A DNA stretch of 64,000 bases, from NCBI GenBank assembly GCA_963714015.1, contig OY970223.1, positions 2,880,001 through 2,944,000 on the forward strand, in the 5' to 3' direction. The first letter of the stretch is position 1; every line of letters begins with the position of its first letter. A model generated the notes under the pieces. It made no database searches. It saw nothing but the letters and a program-made list of their open reading frames with translations, and was not told the DNA's origin. The position numbers were made by a program, and so were the translations under genes. This stretch comes from Vulcanimicrobiota bacterium. Its GTDB lineage: Bacteria; Vulcanimicrobiota; Vulcanimicrobiia; Vulcanimicrobiales; Vulcanimicrobiaceae. This document shows positions 59,613 through 64,000 of this stretch, piece after piece.

Positions 59613-60929
59613 TCGGCGCAGGAATCAGCGGTCTTGCCGCGGCGCTCAGGCTCACCGACCTCGCGGCGGATCGCAGCGAGCAGTACGACATTACACTTTA
59701 CGACGCGAGCGAACGCGCGGGCGGTTGCGTCTCGACGGCGCGCGAGGGTGGTCTGACGATCGAATCCGGCGCCGATTCCATTTTGGTGGACAAGCCGCCG
59801 GGAATGCGAATGCTGGAGCGATTGCATCTTACCGATCGCCTCGTGCCGATGCAGCCTCAGTTCAAAGGCGCGCTGATCGTTTGCGACGGCACGCTGCGGC
59901 GATTGCCTCCGGAGTTTCGTTTGTTTTCGCCGATGTCGCTCCCGGCACTCGTTCGCAGCGGAATGTTTTCTTTCCGCGGCCTGGCGCGCGCGGCAATGGA
60001 GCCCTTCATTCCGCGGCGCCGCGACCAGAGCGACGAAAGTCTGGCATCTTTCGTGACGCGCCGCTTCGGAAAAGAAGTCCTGGACCGCTTGGCGCAGCCG
60101 CTCGTCGGGGGCATTTACTCCGCGGATCCTGCCCGGCTCTCGATGGAGGCGGCGCTTCCACAGTTCGTTCAGCTCGAACGCACCTACGGCAGCGTCATTC
60201 GCGGCATTGCGCGCAGCAGGTCTTCTCAAAAGCCGCCGCGGCTGATGAGTCTGGAAGGCGGCCTGGGCACATTGGTCGATGCAATGGAATCGCAACTAGC
60301 AAAGGTCAGCCGCGTGCGCGCACAGGTCGCGAGCTTGCAAACGCTGCGCGAGCGCCACGATCGCGTGATTCTCAGCTGTTCCCGCGCACCAATCAGCTCG
60401 CATCGTCCGCGAGAGCGCGCCGGAGCTTGCCGAGTTGCTCGCGCGAATTCGCTACAATTCCATCGCAACGGTGAATCTTGCCTACGAACGATCGGCGATT
60501 CCCGAGCTGCCCCGCGCCCAGGGATTCATCGTTCCGTTTTGTGAAGGCCGGCGCATCGTCGCTGCAACGTTCGTCTCCCAGAAATATCCCGGCCGCTCGC
60601 CCGAGAACGTGCAGCTGCTTCGCGCATTCATCGGCGGCGCATTGCAGGCGGACCTTTTGCAAGGCAGTGATGACGCGGTGGAACGGATCGCGCGCGAAGA
60701 GTTCGGCGCACTGCTCGGAATCGCAGTCCCGCCGGCTTTCTGCTCCATCAGCCGCATGACCGCACTCTTACCCGAGTACGGGCTCGGTCACATGCAGCTT
60801 GTGGATGCAATCGAAACCCGAGCGCTGGAAGCACGCATCGCCCTGGCCGGCGCGGCTTACCGTGGCGTCGGTATCCCCGACTGCATTCATTCGGGCGAAC
60901 GGGCGGCCGAACAGGCGGTGAGTATCTGA
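59594..60929 (+). CDS. hemY: HemY-type proto/coproporphyrinogen oxidase (frameshift ~60385)
   Basis: GAGISGLAAA, ESGADS, GGIYSAD; C-terminal GVGIPDCI in ORF 60435..60929. Confidence 0.88.
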
Positions 60930-60971
60930 GCGTCCGCGGGGTATCATTCAACCGTTAAGAGGAGGACCCGT

Positions 60972-61532
60972 ATGCGTTTTTTACTCGCCGCTAGCATGAC
61001 CGTCGCGCTGGCATCGCTCTCGGCCGCGCCAAGCATGGCGGCCCTGGTGCCCGCAACCGGCTCGCAATATGCCGGCGTGCTCTCGCAATCCATAACTACC
61101 AAGTCTGCGTATCCCGGAGAGCCGGTGACGCTGACGCACGTGACGTCTGCGAGCGGCAGCATCGCGGGCGCGACAATGTACGGAACTGTGACCAGCGTCG
61201 TAAAGCCGGGACAAGGCCGCTCCGCACAATTGCAGATGACGTTTACCAAACTGGTGATGCCGAGCGGCGCGTCTTACGCCGTTGACGGCGTCGTAACCGG
61301 AATGCAAGCTCAGACCAAGAACAATACGCTTAAAGAAGCTGCCGGAACCGTAGCCGGTATGATCGTCGGGAACATCGTCGGTAAGACGATCTTTCATACC
61401 GGAGCGGGCGGCCTGCTCGGCGCCGCCGGCGGCTATCTCGTCGCGAAGAACAACCGCGCGGACGTGACCGTTCCGTCGGGATCTACGGTGCGCGTCATGC
61501 TGCGATCGGTCCGGCGGCAATCGTCCCACTGA
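60972..61532 (+). CDS. Secreted protein with glycine-zipper segment
   Basis: Signal peptide; GTVAGMIVGNIVG...GGLLGAAGG. Confidence 0.75.
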   Translation: MRFLLAASMTVALASLSAAPSMAALVPATGSQYAGVLSQSITTKSAYPGEPVTLTHVTSASGSIAGATMYGTVTSVVKPGQGRSAQLQMTFTKLVMPSGASYAVDGVVTGMQAQTKNNTLKEAAGTVAGMIVGNIVGKTIFHTGAGGLLGAAGGYLVAKNNRADVTVPSGSTVRVMLRSVRRQSSH

Positions 61533-61617
61533 CGGCTCTGAGCGGGTAGAGCGGCACATCGGGTCTTCAGGGTTGTTTCACACCTTCAGGCCACCATAGG
61601 CTCCTTGGAGGTGGTTC

Positions 61618-62262
61618 ATGAATCTCGCGCGCACCTGGATGACCCTCGCCGCTCTTGCGGGCATTGCCGTTGCCGGCTGCGGTGGAGGCGGCGGCAATAC
61701 TCCGCCGGTTACGACGCCAACGACCGCGCCGGGCGGCGGCGCCTCGTCATCTCCTTCGGCAAGTCCGGTTCCAACGCAATCGCCGACGCAGCCGCCCTCG
61801 TCCCCGCCCAGCCAGTCACCGTCACCGACCCCATCGCCGGCGGCAACACCGCTCGTGGTGCACATCGGATTTCAATTCAACGAGTTCACCGATCCGAAGT
61901 ACGGGCCGGTCTGGTATTACTCGTCAAACCCCAGTGCGTCGCAAGCCCAAGTGATTAACGTCAAATCGGGCTCGCAAGTGGTTTTTGAAAACGACGACAA
62001 GTTCGGTCTGCAGCACACCGGCTCGGGACTGGGCACCGGCCCCTTTCCGCAGCAGTTCGACAACAGCAGCGGCAAGAGCAGAAATGGTTCCGTGATAGAC
62101 GGATCGCTGACGTGGTCCACCGGTACGCTTAATCCCGGTCAGCGCTCGCAAGCGTTCACGATCGGACCGCCCGGAACGTATTATTTCGGCTGCAACTTCC
62201 ATTACACGACGCCGCCCACGCAAAACAACGGTTCGATGGGGGATGTCCTCGTTTCGCAATGA
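61618..62262 (+). CDS. Lipoprotein with Pro/Ser/Thr stalk and cupredoxin domain
   Basis: VAG-C lipobox; QHT and YYFGCNFH...M type-1 copper ligand pattern. Confidence 0.8.
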   Translation: MNLARTWMTLAALAGIAVAGCGGGGGNTPPVTTPTTAPGGGASSSPSASPVPTQSPTQPPSSPPSQSPSPTPSPAATPLVVHIGFQFNEFTDPKYGPVWYYSSNPSASQAQVINVKSGSQVVFENDDKFGLQHTGSGLGTGPFPQQFDNSSGKSRNGSVIDGSLTWSTGTLNPGQRSQAFTIGPPGTYYFGCNFHYTTPPTQNNGSMGDVLVSQ

Positions 62263-62286
62263 GACTGCAAGCGCGAAAAAAAAATA

Positions 62287-62359
62287 TGCCAAGGGCCGGA
62301 ATCGAACCGGCGACACCGCACTTTTCAGGCGCGTGCTCTACCAACTGAGCTACCTTGGC
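62287..62359 (-). tRNA. tRNA-Phe(GAA)
   Basis: GCCAAGGTAGCTCAGTTGGTAGAGCACGCGCCT-GAA-AAGTGCG...GTTCGATTC...CCTTGGCA cloverleaf. Confidence 0.95.
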
Positions 62360-62427
62360 ACAGCCGCAGGCCGCGGCGAACCGCCCTCGTTTCTATGCGC
62401 GGGGGCCGTCCCCTCCCCTCAAATGCA

Positions 62428-62455
62428 GAAGCCGCCGGTTCGTTCCGGCGGCTTC
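62428..62455 (-). terminator. Terminator-like hairpin
   Basis: GAAGCCGCCGG-N6-CCGGCGGCTTC downstream of the 48-aa ORF. Confidence 0.65.
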
Positions 62456-62504
62456 CGATTGTCTGTTACGCTCTAGAGTTTAGCGGGCAGTGTGGTGCAA
62501 TGGC

Positions 62505-62651
62505 CTACTCCTCATACGAAGTTTCTGCGAACGTCATGCGCGGACGATTGCTGTCCCACTCTTCTTCCTGATCGAATTTCGAGCGGACTTCGCGCGGTTC
62601 GTCCAACCACTGCGGCCCCAAACCGAGGTCGCGAGGGTCGTCACCGTACAT
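62505..62651 (-). CDS. 48-aa acidic small protein (absent from ORF track)
   Basis: RBS GAGGT; MYGDDPRDLGLGPQWLDEPREVRSKFDQEEEWDSNRPRMTFAETSYEE*; followed by a hairpin. Confidence 0.65.
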   Translation of the reverse strand: MYGDDPRDLGLGPQWLDEPREVRSKFDQEEEWDSNRPRMTFAETSYEE

Positions 62652-62749
62652 GCTTTTACCTCGTGCAATTATTTTACAGAAATCTTGCGCGGGGCGTGTA
62701 GGACCGGGAAGATATCTTTACAAATCGCCGCCCCTCCGGGGCGCCGCCT

Positions 62750-62971
62750 TCAGTTCGGTTTGAGTACACCCGCTAAGCCGACGCTCACGGCTTTGAGAGC
62801 GCTGAGTGCGGCATGTTCTGCTGCGCTGCTGATACTCAAGCAAAGGTTAGCGGCGGTGAGCGCGTTCGCCGGCGTCGGAAGCATTCGCGCGGTTACGCCG
62901 GCGTCCCGCAACACTTTGGTGGCCAACATGGTGTCGGTGTTGCTCGCGAAGCAGAGGATCGGATCTTCCAT
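62750..62971 (-). CDS. DUF3343-like small protein
   Basis: LCFASNTDTMLATKVLRDAGV..RMLPTP...LCLSI. Confidence 0.7.
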   Translation of the reverse strand: MEDPILCFASNTDTMLATKVLRDAGVTARMLPTPANALTAANLCLSISSAAEHAALSALKAVSVGLAGVLKPN

Positions 62972-62976
62972 CGCCG

Positions 62977-63633
62977 TTATTCCACGTTGGCGATTTGCAG
63001 CTGTACCCGCAGGGCCGCATTGACTTCTTGCTCGCGCAAAAGCGCATTGGCCGTTTCCTTCGACATGAAGTCGACCAGTTCGTCGATGCGCCGAAAGAGC
63101 GAATCGATGGCACCGGTCAGCCAGAACAACACGCCGCACTCGGCAACGACTGCAAGGGCGTGAACCAGAACGCGGTCGAGCCCTTCTTCGGGAAAGACGT
63201 CCGCAGGCACCACGAGATCCAGAATGAGGTGATGGCCGGCCGTAAGGGCCGCGGCGACGGCGATCGGACGCCAATCAACGTAGGCTGCAAGCATTGCGAA
63301 GATGCCGAAAAAGTACATATGGTAGTCGATCTGCCAGTCGCCCTGCCCGGAGATGCCGCTATGATGTCCGCGGCCGGCATAGACAAGCAGAATAGGCCCG
63401 CACGTCATGAATATGGCCATAAGGGAGCGCAGCGTCAAACCGTCCTTGAGCGTGCGAGAAGCGACGGTCGCAAACGCCGCGATGGTCAGCGCGATTGCTG
63501 CCGCAATCTGCCATTCGTTACGCGCTACGAGCGCGACGAGAATGACCAGCGGCACGTGGATCCAAGTAATCAGCGCGAACAGCAGTGTCGCACGTTGGCG
63601 AATGTCGTTGAGGCGCAGCGGGCGGGCGTCCAT
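62977..63633 (-). CDS. Stand-alone multi-TM sensor-like protein
   Basis: DYHMYFF..AMLAAYVDWRP...HHL...VHAL as in N-terminal membrane domains of some chemoreceptors; RBS AAGGAG. Confidence 0.75.
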   Translation of the reverse strand: MDARPLRLNDIRQRATLLFALITWIHVPLVILVALVARNEWQIAAAIALTIAAFATVASRTLKDGLTLRSLMAIFMTCGPILLVYAGRGHHSGISGQGDWQIDYHMYFFGIFAMLAAYVDWRPIAVAAALTAGHHLILDLVVPADVFPEEGLDRVLVHALAVVAECGVLFWLTGAIDSLFRRIDELVDFMSKETANALLREQEVNAALRVQLQIANVE

Positions 63634-63908
63634 GCAAAGCTCCTTTGACAAAAGAAAAAACACACCCATAAAGCCGTCTATCCGAGTATCGGTTTTGCAT
63701 AGGCGGCAACGTGAGGAACGTTTACGCTTACCGCATCGAATTTTTACCGAGCGTCGCCGGCCGCATACCGGATCCTCGACCGGCGAGCCTCGGGGGCGAG
63801 CGCGCGACCTTCACAGAACGTCCGCGGCGACGCCCTCCCGGCCCGCTGCCGCCGCTGCCGACTAGGCCATAGCCCCCGGGTATGAGGGAGGCGTATCTTA
63901 GGAAGGTT

Positions 63909-64000
63909 ATGCCAGAGACGCAAGCGGACATCGTGCTAGCGGGCGGCGGAATCATGAGCGCCACGCTCGCCGCCATGCTCAAAGAGCTGCAGCCCGACCT
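63909..64000 (+). CDS. mqo: Malate:quinone oxidoreductase, 5' fragment
   Basis: MPETQADIVLAGGGIMSATLAAMLKELQPD. Confidence 0.8.
   Translation, partial: MPETQADIVLAGGGIMSATLAAMLKELQPD

Noticed and set aside
54642..62359. tRNA genes as integration sites
   Set aside because: Flanked by core-like genes; no integrase or duplicated tRNA 3' end seen.
63640..63760. Possible c-di-GMP or other riboswitch before the sensor-like gene
   Set aside because: Only one imperfect hairpin (GCCGCCTAT/ATAGACGGC); no recognisable aptamer consensus.

Overview
GC-rich bacterial chromosome segment in two parts. Gene content and style suggest a diderm soil bacterium such as Vulcanimicrobiota/Eremiobacterota (inference only). 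Part 1 (1-16197) is an accessory island. It opens with a mosaic of short, truncated and chimeric genes (HNH-like fragment, mntP, wHTH, an orphan Cys/Gly-rich toxin-tip plus immunity-like pair, EcsC, a dif-like site). It ends in a coherent module (~9730-16197): a coupled small-gene/XRE-HTH operon, two hypothetical genes, a divergent SWIM-finger DDE transposase preceded by a ~480-nt structured leader (rrn-type boxA, mutually exclusive hairpins, multi-stem domain, uORF), a second boxA/hairpin unit with a related motif, and a repeat-rich end reading TGTCG.. 2 bp past the fliE stop. Part 2 (16200-64000) is core genome: flgB-flgC-fliE behind a sigma-28 promoter, an MsbA-like ABC exporter, photolyase, an ECF sigma with a zf-HC2/TonB_C anti-sigma, moaA/moeB/moaE/moaD, queG, rfbC, an ATP-grasp ligase, ltaE, phoU, hbd/crt/thiolase, coaD/rsmD/recG, M16 peptidase, hemE-hemH-hemY, tRNA-Cys/Gly/Phe and the start of mqo. 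Apparent small frameshifts in many housekeeping genes point to indel errors in the sequence, so pseudogene calls are tentative. No CRISPR array or rRNA was seen. All family assignments are from motif recognition by eye, not database searches.
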